Assembly: GCA_043228905.1 (NCBI GenBank)
Contig: JBHGNT010000014.1
Location: forward strand, 8,184,001 to 8,248,000
Reading direction: 5' to 3'
From: Azolla caroliniana
Lineage: Eukaryota > Plantae > Polypodiophyta
DNA length: 64,000 nt
The position numbers were made by a program, and so were the translations under genes. Positions within the stretch are counted from its first letter, which is position 1; each line of letters starts with the position of its first letter. Under the pieces are notes generated by a model. It was not told the DNA's origin. It was given only the letters and a program-made list of their open reading frames with translations, and did no database searches. Shown piece after piece: positions 34,155 to 47,900 of the stretch.

Positions 34155-34831
34155 TGTTGGGAGACAGGTCCCTCCAGATGGGAAGGGAGAAGAATAGTGC
34201 CGATGAGAAGTACCCGGCTACGGAGAGCCGGATGACGCAGACCCGGTGAGAACCGGATGAGAAGTACCCAGCTACGGAGAGCCAGATGGTGCAGACCCAG
34301 TGAGAACTGGATGAGGAGTCCCCGGCTACGGAGAGCCGGATAGTGCAAACCCGGTGAGAAAACCGGATGAGGAGACATATTCGTAAATATGTTTCTGAGA
34401 GTCCATCAGGGCTATATTTGTAAATAGCCGAAAAGTCATATTAGTATAAATATGACGTAGGGCAAACTTTTATGTGGTTGTTGGTTGTTGTCATTCTTGT
34501 TGGTGCAAGAATAGAGAGAGCGCGTAACAGTGTACAGAGACAGAGAGAGAGAAAGAGGTTGTTGCCTCTGTTGTAACCGCCGCCTGTGGCGAAGATCGTG
34601 AGCACGAGGTCGTTGCCTCCGAGAACTCACTGTTTGTACATTCCTAACATAGTGATAGTTTGCAGCCTGTGGGCTGCCGTGGTTTTTTCCCTTAGTTTGG
34701 GTTTTTCCACGTAAACATCTTGTGTACCTTTTCTCTCCTTTGTGTTGTGTTTTCCCGTTTCTTGTTTTGTGTATGATTCTAAGCTCGGTTGTGGCCGAGC
34801 GTTGTGCATAAGGAGCATTGAGTTCCCATCA
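34155..34831 (+). repeat. 5' LTR of Co-E, with 3+ copies of a ~54-bp repeat (34200-34375)
   Basis: Unit GATGAGAAGTACCCGGCTACGGAGAGCCGGATG...CCCGGTGAGAACCG. Confidence 0.93.
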
Positions 34832-34860
34832 AGTGGTATCAAAGCGAAACGACACAAAAA

Positions 34861-37800
34861 ATGGACGAATCGTTTGGCGGGATGTTCAAGCTCACCGGCT
34901 CCAACTATTCAGTGTGGAAGTCAAAGATGAGGGACATGCTCGTGGTTAAAGATCTTTGGTTACCGGTTCAGTTCGGGGACAAGAGACCGGACAAGATCGA
35001 TGCCACAATATGGGAGGTGATGCACATGAAGACAACGGCGTACATACGGTGCTTCATCGACATGGGCGTATACAACAACTTCAATGAAGAGAGCAAGGCT
35101 CATGAGCTCTGGGAGAAGATCGGCATAATGTTTTAAAACAAAAATGCTGTTAACCAGGTTTCGGTATTCCGGAAGCTAGTAAGACTCCGGCACCAAGATG
35201 GCTCCAGCAGGGCGGAGCACATGAATGCCTTCTAGGGGCTGATCCACCAGGCAACTTCATTGGAAGTACCTCTCGCCAATGAGGTACTTGCGCTACTCTT
35301 GCTCGGTTCCCTCCCGGATAGCTGGGAGACGTTGGTTGTCACTTTGGGCAACGCCGGGCCGGAAGGAAAGCGGTTATCCCTAGCAAGAGTAAAGTCGAGC
35401 TTGCTAGATGAGGAGGCGTGTCGAAAAGACAAAGATACGAGCTCCGACTCCAAAGCGCTCCTTACCGAATCGGAACGCGGAAGACATAGAAACCGTAGTC
35501 CCCAGAACTGGGAGAAGTCGGGGACATGGTCAAAGTCAAGGGGAAGACCTACTTGCTTCTATTGCGGCAAGCCGGGACACTTTCAAAAGAACTATCGGCA
35601 TTTCCGAAAAGACAAGGAAACTGACGGTACCGATTCGAAGCGGACCCCGGACCGGAACGGTAAAGACCGGAGGGGGCCGGACCGGAAGGGAACGCCGGCA
35701 ATTGCGGCAACTGAAGCAGAGTTGATGCTCATCACCGAGGAGAGTGAGATAAACCTTGCCGGCAACGAGATGACCTGGGTGGTCGACTCCGGAGTGTCGT
35801 TCCACCTTACCCCGGACCAGAAATATTTCTCATCCTACTCAGCTGGTGATCACGGTTGTGTCCGGATTGGGAATGAAGGTACATGTCGAATTGTCGGCAT
35901 AGGAGACGTGTGGTTGTCGACACCAACCGGATGCAAGTTGCTGCTGAAGGATGTCTGACACGTTCCGGAGGTTCGACTGAACCTGATATCAGCCGGTCGG
36001 CTAGATGATGAAGGCTACACGGGTAGCATCCAGAACGGTGTCATGAAGTTCAGCAAGGGGAACTTGATTGTGGCTCGGGCTTGGAAGGTCAACACTTTGT
36101 ACCTGATGAATGCCCGGTTATGTCCGGAAGAAGTGAACGTGGCATCCAACACTGCCGGTGAGCTATGGCACAAGAGGCTGTGTCACATGAGTGAGAAGGG
36201 GATGAAGAGGCTTGCAGAAGACAACCTCATTCCAGTGAAGAACGTGCACTTGGAGAAGTGCACTGATTGTCTGGCCGGTAAGAAAAACCGGACCTCCTTC
36301 CGACCAAGGCCACCGATGAGACGTAATGTACCACTGGAGTTGGTGCATACGGATGTGTTTCAAGTGGACACGAAGTCACATGCCGGAGCGCAGTACTTCG
36401 TGACGTTCATAGATGACCACAGCCGGAAGTTGTGGGCCACACCAATGAAGACGAAGGATCAGGTTTTATCCGTCTTCATTGGAAAGAGGAACCGGCCGGA
36501 AGCTGAAGGCGGTTCGAGCAGATAACGGAGGAGAATACCGGGGGGGTAGTTCGAGGAGTATTGCTACTCGAAGGGAATCCGGCTCGAATTTACCGTGCCG
36601 AAGACGCCGGAACTAAACAGACTGGCCGAGAGGATGAACCGGACCATAATGGAGAGGGTCCGGAGTATGCTAGCGCATGCAAGACTACCCAAGAAGTTTT
36701 GGGCTAAGGCACTGTCGACAGCGACATACGTGATAAACAGATCACCCTCAGTACCCTTGGACGGAGACACGCCACAGAGAGTGTGGACCGGTAAGGAAGT
36801 GTCCTACCGGCATCTGAAGGTGTTCGGGTGTCTCGCGTATGTGCATGTAGCTAAGGACCGGAGAGGAAAGTTAGATCCAAAGACCCGGCCATGCATATTC
36901 CTCGGTTACAGTGACGATGAGTTCGGCTACCGAGTGTGGGACCTGGTTGACAAGAAGGTATTCCGGAGTTGAGATATTATCTTCATGGAGGACAAGACGC
37001 TCGCCGATTGGGAGTCGGAGAAGAAGATAATGAACTCCGAGTCGACCGGTAAGGATAGACTCTACGATGAGCAGACCCAACCGGCAAGAGACTGGTTAGC
37101 ACTCGAGGAACCAACCGGTTACGGTGAGGATACCGAACCGGCAGAAGAAGAAGTAGAGGAAACTGAGACCGGAACCGGCCAAGACCCCGAATCAGATTCG
37201 GATGAAGAGCAAATGGAGGAACCGGTTACCGAAGCCCGAAGACGGAGATATCCTCTGAGAGAGAGAAGGGCCCCCCGGAGATTTTTGGATGCAGAGCATG
37301 TGCTGTTGACCGATGAGGGGGAGCCAGAAAGCTTCGAAGAAGCGAAGGACGACACCCACAACCGCAAATGGTTAAGTGCCATGCAGGATGAGATGGATTC
37401 CCTGCATGAGAACCATACGTACGAATTGGTGGAGTTGCCGAAAGGAAAGCGGGCACTCTGAAACAAGTGGGTGTACAAGTTGAAACCGGGAGATGTCGGC
37501 AACCCCCCGAGATACAAAGCCAGGATCGTGGTGAAGGGGTTCCAGCAGAAGAAGGGCGTGGACTTTGACGAGATATTTGCCCTAGTAGTAAAGATGACCT
37601 CCATCCGGACGGTGCTGAGTATAGCGGCAAGCATGGACCCCGAGGTAGAACAGCTGGACGTGAAGACGGCATTCCTTCACGGCGATCTCGAAGAGGAGAT
37701 CTACATGCAGCAACCGGAAGGATTCATGGAAAAAGGGAAGGAGCACCTGGTATGCCGGTTGAAGAAGAGCCTCTACGGGTTGAAGCAGGCACCCCGACAA

Positions 37801-38870
37801 TGGTACCGGAAGTTCGATTCCTTCATGACCGATCAAGGGTACCACAAGACACAGGCCGATCACTGTGTGTTTGTAAAGAAGTTCGAAGGAGATGACTTCC
37901 TGATACTCCTTCTGTACGTGGATGACATGTTGATCGTCGGACGGGATCAAGTCAAAATATGGATGCTGAAGAAGGCTCTCAACCGGACCTTCTCAATGAA
38001 AGACTTGGGTCCGGCAAGACAGATGTTGGGGATGCATATTATCCAGAACCGGTCAAAGAAGAAATTATGGTTGTCACAGGAGAAGTACGTGACAAAGGTG
38101 CTTCAACGGTTCAACATGTTAGATGTGAAACCGATCGGATCGACACTTCCGGAAAACGGCAAGCTATCCGGTAAGCAAAGCCCGAAGACGAAAACAGAGA
38201 AGGCGGATATGATGAAGATTCCATATGCCTCTGCCGTCGGGAGCTTGATGTACACAATGGTTTGTACCCGACCGGATATAGGATACGCAATCGGAGTGGT
38301 GAGCCGGTTTATGAGCAATCCTGGCAAGGAGCACTGGAACCCGGTCAAATGGATACTCCGGTATTTGAAGGGCACTTCAAATATGTGTCTCCGATTCGGC
38401 TCAGGAAAACCTCAACTTGACGGTTTCACCGATTCGGACATGTCAGCTGATGTGGATACTAGCCGGTCTACATCCGAGTATGTAATGACATATGCAGGGG
38501 GAGCTGTTTCGTGGCAGTCGAGGCTGCAGAAGACGGTTGCATTGTCAACCATGGAGGTGGAGTACATGGCAGTTGTGGAAGCCGGCAAGGAAATATTATG
38601 GATAAAGGACTTCATCGGAGAGCTTGATATCCGGCAAGATGAATATCGACTCTATTGCGATATGCTAAGAATGCGGCCTACCATTCCCCGACAAAGCATA
38701 TCCAACGAAGGTATCACTAGATCCGGGAAAGAGTAGATGACCAGGAGTTCGCACTGACGAAGATCCACATGGCCGAGAACGGGTCAGATATGCTGACCAA
38801 AGTGTTGATACCCGACAAGCTGGATGCATGCCGGAAGAGGATCGAACTGGTAAGACACCCCCATGCTAGA
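34861..38870 (+). pseudogene. Co-E gag-pol (stops, deletions)
   Basis: KLTGSNYSVWK, SLPDSWETLV, CFYCGKPGH, WVVDSG, LVHTDV, LLLYVDDML and GFTDSDMS motifs. Confidence 0.93.
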
Positions 38871-38884
38871 GTGAAGGGGGAGTT

Positions 38885-39562
38885 TGTTGGGAGACAGGTC
38901 CCTCCGGATGGGAAGGGAGAAGAACAGTGCCGATGAGAAGTACCCGGCTACAGAGAGCCGGATGACGCAGACCCGGTGAGAACCGGATGAGAAGTACCCG
39001 GCTACGGAGAGCCGGATGGTGCAGATCCGGTGAGAACCGGATGAGGAGTCCCCGGCTACGGAGAGCCGGATAGTGCAAACCCGGTGAGAAGACCGGATGA
39101 GGAGACATATTCGTAAATATGTTTCTGAGAGTCCATCAGGGCTATATTTGTAAATAGCCGAAAAGTCATATTAGTATAAATATGACTTAGGGAAAACTTT
39201 TATGTGGTTGTTGGTTGTTGTCATTCTTGTTGGTGCAAGAATAGAGAGAGCGTGTAACAGTGTACAGAGAGAGAGAGAGAAAGAGGTCGTTGCCTCTGTT
39301 TTAACCGCCGCCTGTGGCGAAGATCATGAGCACGAGATCGTTGCCTCCGTGAACTCACTGTTTGTACATTCCTAACATAGTGATAGTTTGCAGCCTGTGG
39401 GCTGTCGTGGTTTTTTCCCTTAGTTTGGGTTTTTCCACGTAAACATCTTGTGTACCTTTTCTCTCCTTTGTGTCGTGTTTTTCCCGTTTCCTGTTTTCTG
39501 TGTATGATTCTAAGCTCGGTTGTGGCCGAGTGCTGTGCATAAGGAGCATTGAGTTCCCGTCA
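38885..39562 (+). repeat. 3' LTR of Co-E
   Basis: Copy of 34155-34831, followed by the TSD GAAAC. Confidence 0.93.
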
Positions 39563-39986
39563 GAAACTACCGATTGCACCGGTGAGGGAAGAACCAACAA
39601 AGGGAGAGACAAGAAGAAGAAAGGAGCCGAGTCGACAATGGAAGTTGACACATCCGAACAAGTCGGAACAAGCGGCAGTGGCGGCAGAGTCAAGAAGGAC
39701 AAAGCCGACCGGAAGAAGAAGGCCAAATCCCGGACATGGTCCGATGTGGTGAAGGGCTTGGAACCGGAAGTGGAATCCGGAGTGACCGATTCGTAAAAGA
39801 GTTTTTGAATCGAGTTTTTCTGTGTGCTCTCTCTCTGTCTCTCCTGCGTATTGCGTATTTTCTGCGTTTTATTTCCTATTGCTTCCGCACGCTATTCTTC
39901 ACATGGTATCTGAGCACGAGGGTTGAGAACCTTTGCGGCTGACATAGCTTGAAAGGGAAACTAACCAAGAAGAACAGGTAAAATCG

Positions 39987-42900
39987 ATGGATAGAGGCAT
40001 GGCTAGCTCGCTTCCGACGGAGAAGCTTGACAGAAACAACTACTCGTCTTGGTCCTACAAGATGCACCAGTACTTGCTCGGGCATGGTTACTGGAGCTAT
40101 GTCGACGGAGCAAATGACACAACACCCGAATCGACACACAAAGATTTCCCAGTGTGGGAACAATCGGCGATCAGAGTACTGTACTGCTTCGCGTCTTGTG
40201 TGGGTGAACAACTCCTAAGCTACATTCGGGATGCAAAAACGCCGAAAGATGCTTGGGGAAATCTGAAGAAGATTTTCGCCACAAGCACTATAGCCAGGAA
40301 GCTTCAACTCCGACAGGAGCTGAGCAACCTACAACAATGCGATTTGTCGGTGGCTGATTACACCTCGAAGATCAAAGATATATGTGACTGCTTAGCCTCC
40401 ATCGTTGTGAATGTCGAGGAAGGCAAGATGGTGCAGATCTGTCTCGGGGGACTGGCGTTGAAGTTCGGAGCATTCTGAACTACTGTGTGTACATGGGAGA
40501 ATACGCCATCGTTTTTTGACCTATAGTCGATGCTCCTTATAGAGGAGAACCACGCGGGTGCGTCGACGAGCACACATGCCGACAACAAGATGGTGTACAT
40601 GGAGGGAGATAGGCCCCGTGGTCATGGCGGACGGGGCGAGTCGATGCGCAATGGAGGCGGACGACGGGATCAAGGACGAAGGCATCGAAGTGATGCTGAC
40701 AGCAATTCCAGACCCTCCGAAAACAGGGGGAGTCAAGGCGACGAGAACTGGCAAGGTAAATCCGTTGCGGAATGCTGGTATTGTGGCAAGAAAGGCCACA
40801 AGGAAAGCGAGTGTTGGAAGAAGCACGCCGATTCAGAGAGGACCAGATCCGGATCAGGCTCCGGACAAACCGACAAAGGAAATCGGCAGCGATCGCACTA
40901 CGCTGCAGGGTCCGGAAAAGCCGGAAAAGGGTCAGCCTTCGTGAAGTGGTTATCGTACCTAGAAAAACCGATGCAACCGGGAGTAGTCGCAATCGGAGAC
41001 GACATTCCGCATCCGATCGCGAATGTTGGTGAAGTTCCCTTGAGCCATGTCGAGCAGAAAGGGAAACTTATGAACATGTTACACGTCCCCACAATCACGA
41101 AGAATCTGGTGTTGGTTGGGCAGATCGTCGACCAAGGGATGCAAGTCCGGTTCACTCATCTCGGGTGCTTCATTGAAGAAGAAGGTTGAGTTATTGCACA
41201 AGGACATAGAGACGGGAGGATGTTTATCCTCGACTCTAGTGATGGTGGCACCGCAATGTTTGCGAAAGGACAAAAAGTCGAGTCGGATATCGACTTATGG
41301 CACAAGTGGATAGGCCATGTCAACTATCAACGGCTTCAGGACTTGCAATCGAAATAGGTGGTGTTCGGATTACCCAAATTTAGTGGCCGGAAGGCACGAA
41401 TTTGTGAAGCCTGCCAACTCGGGAAGCAACACTGACTTCCTTTCCCTAACAAGCATAACTGGAGCCGGAACAAGCTCGACTTGATACATTTCGATGTATG
41501 GGGGCCGGCATAGAACGTTAGTCTTGGCGGGAGTCGATATTTTGTCTCCTTCATCGACGACTATACGCGGCACACGTGGATCTATCTCATCGAGAAGAAG
41601 AGTGAAGTCTTTGACTGTTTCCGGGACCTCAAAGGGTTCGTGGAAACGGAAACAGGATGAAAGATCAACTGCCTGCAGTCGGATGGCGGAAAAGAATACT
41701 TTTCCGGTCAATTCAACGGCTATCTGCAATAGATGGGAATTCAACGCGAATTTAGTTGTACATGCACGTTGGAGCAAAACAGCGTGGCCGAGAGGAAGAA
41801 CCAGTCAATTGTAGAAGCGGCATGGGCAATGCTGGAGGAGAAGATCTTGCCCAAGTTCTATTGGGCCGAGGCGGTATGAATCGTGGTATACATCCAGAAT
41901 CGGATTGGAGACAAAGTTTCGGCGCATGAGCAGTATTTCAGAAGGAAGCCGAATCTACGACACTTGAGAGTTTTTGGTAGCATTGCGTATGTGCATGTAC
42001 CAAAGGAGAAACGGAGGAAGTTGGACGCGAAATCCGAAATTGTATCTTGGTCGGCTACTTGGACGAACAGAAAGGTTATAAGTGTTATAACCCTCTCACC
42101 AAACAAGCACACGTGAGCCGTGACGTTGTGTTTGACGAGTCCGCGTCTTGGTACTTGCCTCCAACTACGGACCTCACCTCCAATCCGAGTTCTGATGATG
42201 AGGTCAGTGAGGCCGAGATGCCTCCAGATGAGCGTGAAATTAAGACCTGAGAAGAGAGTCCGATTTCGTTTCGGTTAAGCGGACCGGATGGACGACTGAG
42301 TCGGCTCGACCAGTCCGATGAAGAGCCGGCGAGTAGTGGAGACTCGGCCGTGCACTCCCTGCGCAGGAAGCCGAGGAGACGATTTACGCGCAAAGAAAAA
42401 GGGAAGAAGAAGGTGTTGGATTATGGCATGGATAGGAACGAGTCGGATCGACACGAGTCTGACTCCGAGGGAAGTGACGACGGGTCTTTGAGAGCGAAGT
42501 CCACATCGGCCATGAAAGCCTCAACATTGGCTAATGAGCAATTACGCCGATCAACCCGCCAGAAGAACCCTGTTGTGCGGTTCGGTTACAACGAGTACAT
42601 GGCGCATCACTATGCATACATGACGCGTGTAGCGGAAGTGCGTAAGCCGGAGAGCTACGCAGAAGCGGCGAAGGACGCGAATTGGCGTGCCGCAACGGAG
42701 GAAGAGATGCGCGCATTGGCAGAGAATGAAACTTGGGACCTGATTGACGCACCAAAAGGTGTGAAGCCTCGGATGTAGGTGGGTGTACAAGGTCATGTAC
42801 ACCATTGACGACTCGACCAACCGCTACAAAGCCCGGTTAGTAGCAAAAGGCTACGCGCAGAAACACGGCATCGACTACAATGAAACGTTTGTGCCGGTCG

Positions 42901-44430
42901 CAAAGATGACGACTGTCCGTGTTTTGCTCGCAGTCGCTTTGGCAAAGGGGTGGCATTTACATCAGATGGATGTAAGGAATGCGTTCCTGCAAGGTGATGA
43001 CTTGGTCATCACCGGCGCCGACCTAGGTGAGATAGACTGCGTGAAGCTCCAGCTCGCGGCATCATTTGACATGAAGGATATGGCAGACCTTCATTACTTC
43101 CTTGGGATCGAAGTGATCCGTACCCCTGAAGGCATCTTGATCAGCCAATGTCATTATGCGCTAAATATGCTCTTCAAATTCGGGATGGCCGATTGTAAGT
43201 CCGTCTCAACTCCTCTGGATAGAACCGTCAAGCTTCGCCCCGATTCTGGAAAGGTATGCGACCCGACGAGGTTCTCGACAAATAGTTGGAAGCCTTATAT
43301 ACTTGACCATCACCCGACCAGATCACCACTACCCGGTCGGGGTGATTAGTCAATTCATGGCGCGACCGACCGAGGAGCACCTTTAGTGTGCACAACGCGT
43401 ACTCCGGTACGTCAGTGGCACTAAGGACCGGGGGCTACTATATCGGGTCGACACTACCACGCAGTTGGTCGGTTACACCAATGCTGATTGGGTCGGAAAT
43501 GCCGGCGATCACCGATCCATGTCCGGTTTCGCGTTCTCTCTCAAGAGTGCCGCGATCACGTGGAGTAGCAAGAAGCAGCCGACAGTTGCGCTCTCGAGCA
43601 CCGAAGCCGAGTATAGAGGAGCGGTTGTCGCAACATACGAAGCCATCTGGTTGAAGCGGCTACTTAAGGATCTGCATGTGAAGGTATCCAATCCAACGAC
43701 AATCTACTGCGACAACCTCAACAACATCCAACTAGCTAAGAACCCCGTCTTCCACGCCCGGACTAAGCACATTGAGGTGCACTACCATTTCGTCCGTGAG
43801 CATGTCCTCTCCGGTGAAGTCGAACTTCAGTATGTTCCGACGGATCGACAAAACGCCGACATCTTCACCAAGTCTCTTGGTTTTGACAAGTTGCTGCAAT
43901 TCTCGGGTGCGCTTGGGTTGCGTCACCTCGACGTGTTGAACTTGAGGGGGAGAGACGTTCGGGAAGACGAAGACCGCGACGCCGAGTTGGATGACGAATT
44001 CGATTTCGGACCGGCTGAAGAAGTAGAGGGCGGACCCGCGGAAGATTCCGAAAGGAGACATATGGGGAGCAGTTGAAAGAAAGAGCCAAAGCCAACCAAG
44101 GGCGAGAAGACCAAGGATGAGTTGGAGACAGCCAACTCGAACGAGAGAGAAAACCGATCGGAGGAAGCCGAGTTGGTTTAGATGTTTGATTCGGATACGC
44201 TGAATCAACCAAGGGCCAAGCGGAAGAGAAGGCAGCAGAAGAGGCGCCAACACCGCAACAACAAGGAAGCCGAGAAGGGCCGTGTGAGCAGACAAGCCGA
44301 CCGAAAGGGTCGAGGCGCGTGGAATCGAACAAGTCGAGGAGTGTGAGCGAAGCGTGAAGCCAGAAGGAACTGAAGAGCAAATCCGGAAGAGCAGATGGAA
44401 CCTCAAGTTGAGCTTGAGGGGGAGTGTTGA
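39987..44430 (+). pseudogene. Co-F gag-pol with many stops and internal deletions
   Basis: Closely similar to Co-C. Deletions remove the protease DSG motif (~40943) and the RT core (~42997). Confidence 0.9.
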
Positions 44431-44576
44431 GATACAAGCTCAACATTGGCCGGATTGGCCATGCAAGCCGAGAACCGAATCGGTTGGGGCTGATCGGTTA
44501 GGCCGGACCAGTGCGTAAAACGGGTGTGTAAACCAGTACACAAACCGGTGCGTAACGAGAAGCCGTAGCAGTGCGT

Positions 44577-44995
44577 TGTGAACGTAAGTGTTTGCGGAAG
44601 CGTAAAATAGAGAACAGCACACAGAGAGAGAGAGACAGAGAGACAGAGACAGAGAGACAGAGAGAGCAGAACACAATTTCAAAATTATATCAAAACTCTG
44701 TACACACACTGTGCTAAGTAGCACTATTTATACAAGTCCTCTTGGGACTGACAGAAGTACCATGTACTTCAATGCTCACATGAGCATCTGACACTTACTA
44801 CGAGACTATAGCTACCTAGTAGTCTATCCTATACTAGGCTTCCGATTAGACTTCCGGTTACGGATTGCACCCGGCCTCCACTGCTTGCCGGTTCGGTTGC
44901 TCACCGTAATACCGATCTGTTTCGCCCGATCCGTCTCGCTTACCGGCTCCGGCTTATTCAGCCGATCCGGCTCCGGTTGAGCTTGCCGCTCAACA
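44577..44995 (-). repeat. 3' LTR of Co-G
   Basis: TGTGA...CAACA on the plus strand; GA/GACA microsatellite inside. Confidence 0.95.
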
Positions 44996-47900
44996 CTCCC
45001 CCTCAAGCTCAACCTGAGGTGGGGTCGTAGTGTCGACCTCTGTGGCAGTCGGTTCTTCCAACCGACTTCTCCTGGCGTCACTCCGCCTTGCTCGAGCTCC
45101 TCGTCCGGTCCGGTCCCGTTTGCCGCGACCCCTTTGGTTCTGCGCGCCTCGACCCTCTCGGTCGGCATGTCTGCTCAATAGGCCTTTGCCCGTTTCGGTA
45201 GAGACTTTGCCCTTGCTTCTCCCCCTCAAGTGCGGCACGTCGAGATGCTGAATACCAAGCATGTCGGTAAAGTGCTGCAACTTGTCTGATCCGAGCGGCT
45301 TGGTGAAGATGTCGGCAACTTGCCGATCCGTATGAACATACCGTAGGTCAACTTCACCACTCAGGACCCGCTCACGCACGAAGTGGTAGTGCACCTCGAT
45401 GTGCTTTGTGCGAGCATGGAACACAGGGTTCCTGGCGAGCTGCAGGCTGCTCATTTTATCGCAGTAAATTGGGATCGGGATCGGTACCTCGATCCGCAAG
45501 TTTCGCAGCAGTCGCCGAAGCTAGATGGCTTCACAAGTGGCAACGGTAGCGGCCCGGTACTCAGTCTCAGTGCTTGACAAAGCCACTGTGGGCTACTTCT
45601 TGCTGCTCCACGCAACGGTCGCGCTAGCTATGGAGAACATGTATCCGGAAGTGGAGCGGCGATCAGACGCATCGCCAGCCCAATCAGCATCTGTGTAACC
45701 GACAAGCTCTTTGGGTATACCTCGCCGGTATAGCAGTCCTCGGTCCTTAGTGCCGCTGACATACCGTAATATTCGTTGCGCACACTGAAGGTGCTCCACG
45801 GTCGGCTTCTGCATGAACTGACTTACCATGCCGACCGGATAGCTGATGTCGGGTCGGGTGATGGTTAAGTAGATCAGGCTTCCGACAACCTGTCAGAACT
45901 GTTTCTCATTGCAGGCCGGTCTGGAGGTGGGACGGAGCTTCTGGTTCCGGTCCAGGGGTGTGGAGACAAGTCGGCAATCCGTCATGCTGAACTTATACAG
46001 CATATTCAACACGTAATGTCATTGTGAGAGCAATATGCCGTCGGGGGTCCGGATCACTTCGATCCCAAGAAAATAATGAAAGTCCTCCAGGTTCTTCATT
46101 TCGAATGCGTCTGACAACTGGGACTTGACGCGGTTGATTTCGGGAAGACCCGATCCGGTGATGACTAAATCATCCATATACAAGAGTATACATACCGGAC
46201 CGTCAGAGCCTTGCCGGATGAAGAACGAAGAGTCCGACTTAGAGACAGCAAACCCCAGCTTACGCAACCGGTGCGTGATCTTCGCGTTCCAAGCTCGGGG
46301 GGCTTGCTTCAAGCCGTAAAGCGACTTCTTCAGTCGGCATACCGCCGACTTGTTCATCTCCGATTGAAATCCGGGGGGCTGAGTCATAAAGACTTCTTCT
46401 TCAAGCTCGCCTTGAAGGAAGGCGTTCTTCACATCCATCTGGTGAAGATGCCACCCCCTTGCCGCAGCAACCGCCAGTACCACACGAACCGTCGTCATCT
46501 TCGCCACAGGAGCGAAGGTCTCGTCATAGTCGATTCCGTGGGTCTGCGCGTATTCCACTAACCGGGCTTTGTACCAGTTAACAGAACCGTCGGTGTTGTA
46601 CTTGACCTTGTACACCCACTTGCATCCGATCGGTTTATAGTGACGGGGAGGATCAACTAGGTCCCAAGTTTCGTTGGCATCGAGTGCCCGCATTTCTTCG
46701 TCCATAGCGGCACGCCAATTTGCGTCCTTTGCCGCTTCTGTGTAGCTCTCCGGCTCACGCACTTCTGTCACTTTAGTCATGTACGCATAATGATGTGCCA
46801 TGTATTCATTGTACTCGTACCGCATGACGGGATCCTTCTGGCGGGTTGATTGGCGCAACGCACCGTCACCTGATTTGAGGCCCTTCTTGGCCAGTTCGGT
46901 CTTCGTTGCCGAAGATCGGCCTTTCTCCTTTCCGGAGTCGGATACGCACCGATCCGACTCATCGTTGCCGGTTTCGAATTCCGGCATCTTCCTCTTCCCC
47001 TTCTCTTTGTGCGTGAACCGTTTCCTCGGTTCCTTGCGCGGGGAGAGCACGGCAAAGTCTCCACCACTTGCCGTCTCTTCATCCGACTAGTCCAACCGAC
47101 TCAGTCGCTCGTTTGGTCCACTCAACCGTAACGATTCCGGACTCTCATCTTGAGTCCCGGCTTCATCATCCTCTGCCAGGGCTGATTCAGGCTCACTGGC
47201 CTGATCTTCCGGCATTGGGTCGGTATCGGAAGTCGGAGTCAGTACGGAGTACCAGGATGCCGATTCATCGAACTCGACATCCCGGCTAACTCGGACTTCC
47301 TTCGTCCAGGGGTTATAGCACTTATACCCCTTTTGCTCTTGAGCATAGCCGACTAGGATGCATTTTTCCGATTTTGCATCCAGCTTTCTCCGCTTCTGAT
47401 CCGGCACATGCACATACGCTATGCTGCCGAATATCCGAAGGTGTCTTAAGTTTGGCTTGCGCCCGAAATACAGCTCATGAGCTGACACCTTGTCACCAAT
47501 GCGGTTTTGTATGTAGACGGTCGTCTGGACCGCCTCTGCCCAGTAGAACCGGGGCATGCTCTTTTCCTCCAGCATTGCCCTTGCCGCTTCGACGAGTGTC
47601 CGGTTCTTCCTTTCGGCCACACCGTTTTGCTCCGGTGTGTATCTGCAGCTGAACTCTCGCCGAATTCCCTTCTGCTGCAGATAACTAGTGAATTGGCCGG
47701 AAAAATATTCCTTTCCGCCATCCGATCGAAGGCATTTGATCTTCCTCTCTGATTCCCATTCCACCATCTTCTGGAGGCTCCGGAAACAGTCGAAGACTTC
47801 GCTCTTCCGCTCAATGAGGTAGATCCAAGTATATCGAGTATAGTCGTCGATGAAGGAGACGAAGTACCGGCTCCCGCCAAGGCTTACACTTTGTGTCGGT

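Larger units (their letters stand above)
34155..39562 (+). mobile_element. Full-length degenerate Ty1/copia (Tnt1/Tork-like) element Co-E
   Basis: LTRs 34155-34831 and 38885-39562; TSD GAAAC; PBS TGGTATCAAAGC 34834-34845; PPT 38868-38882. Confidence 0.95.
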
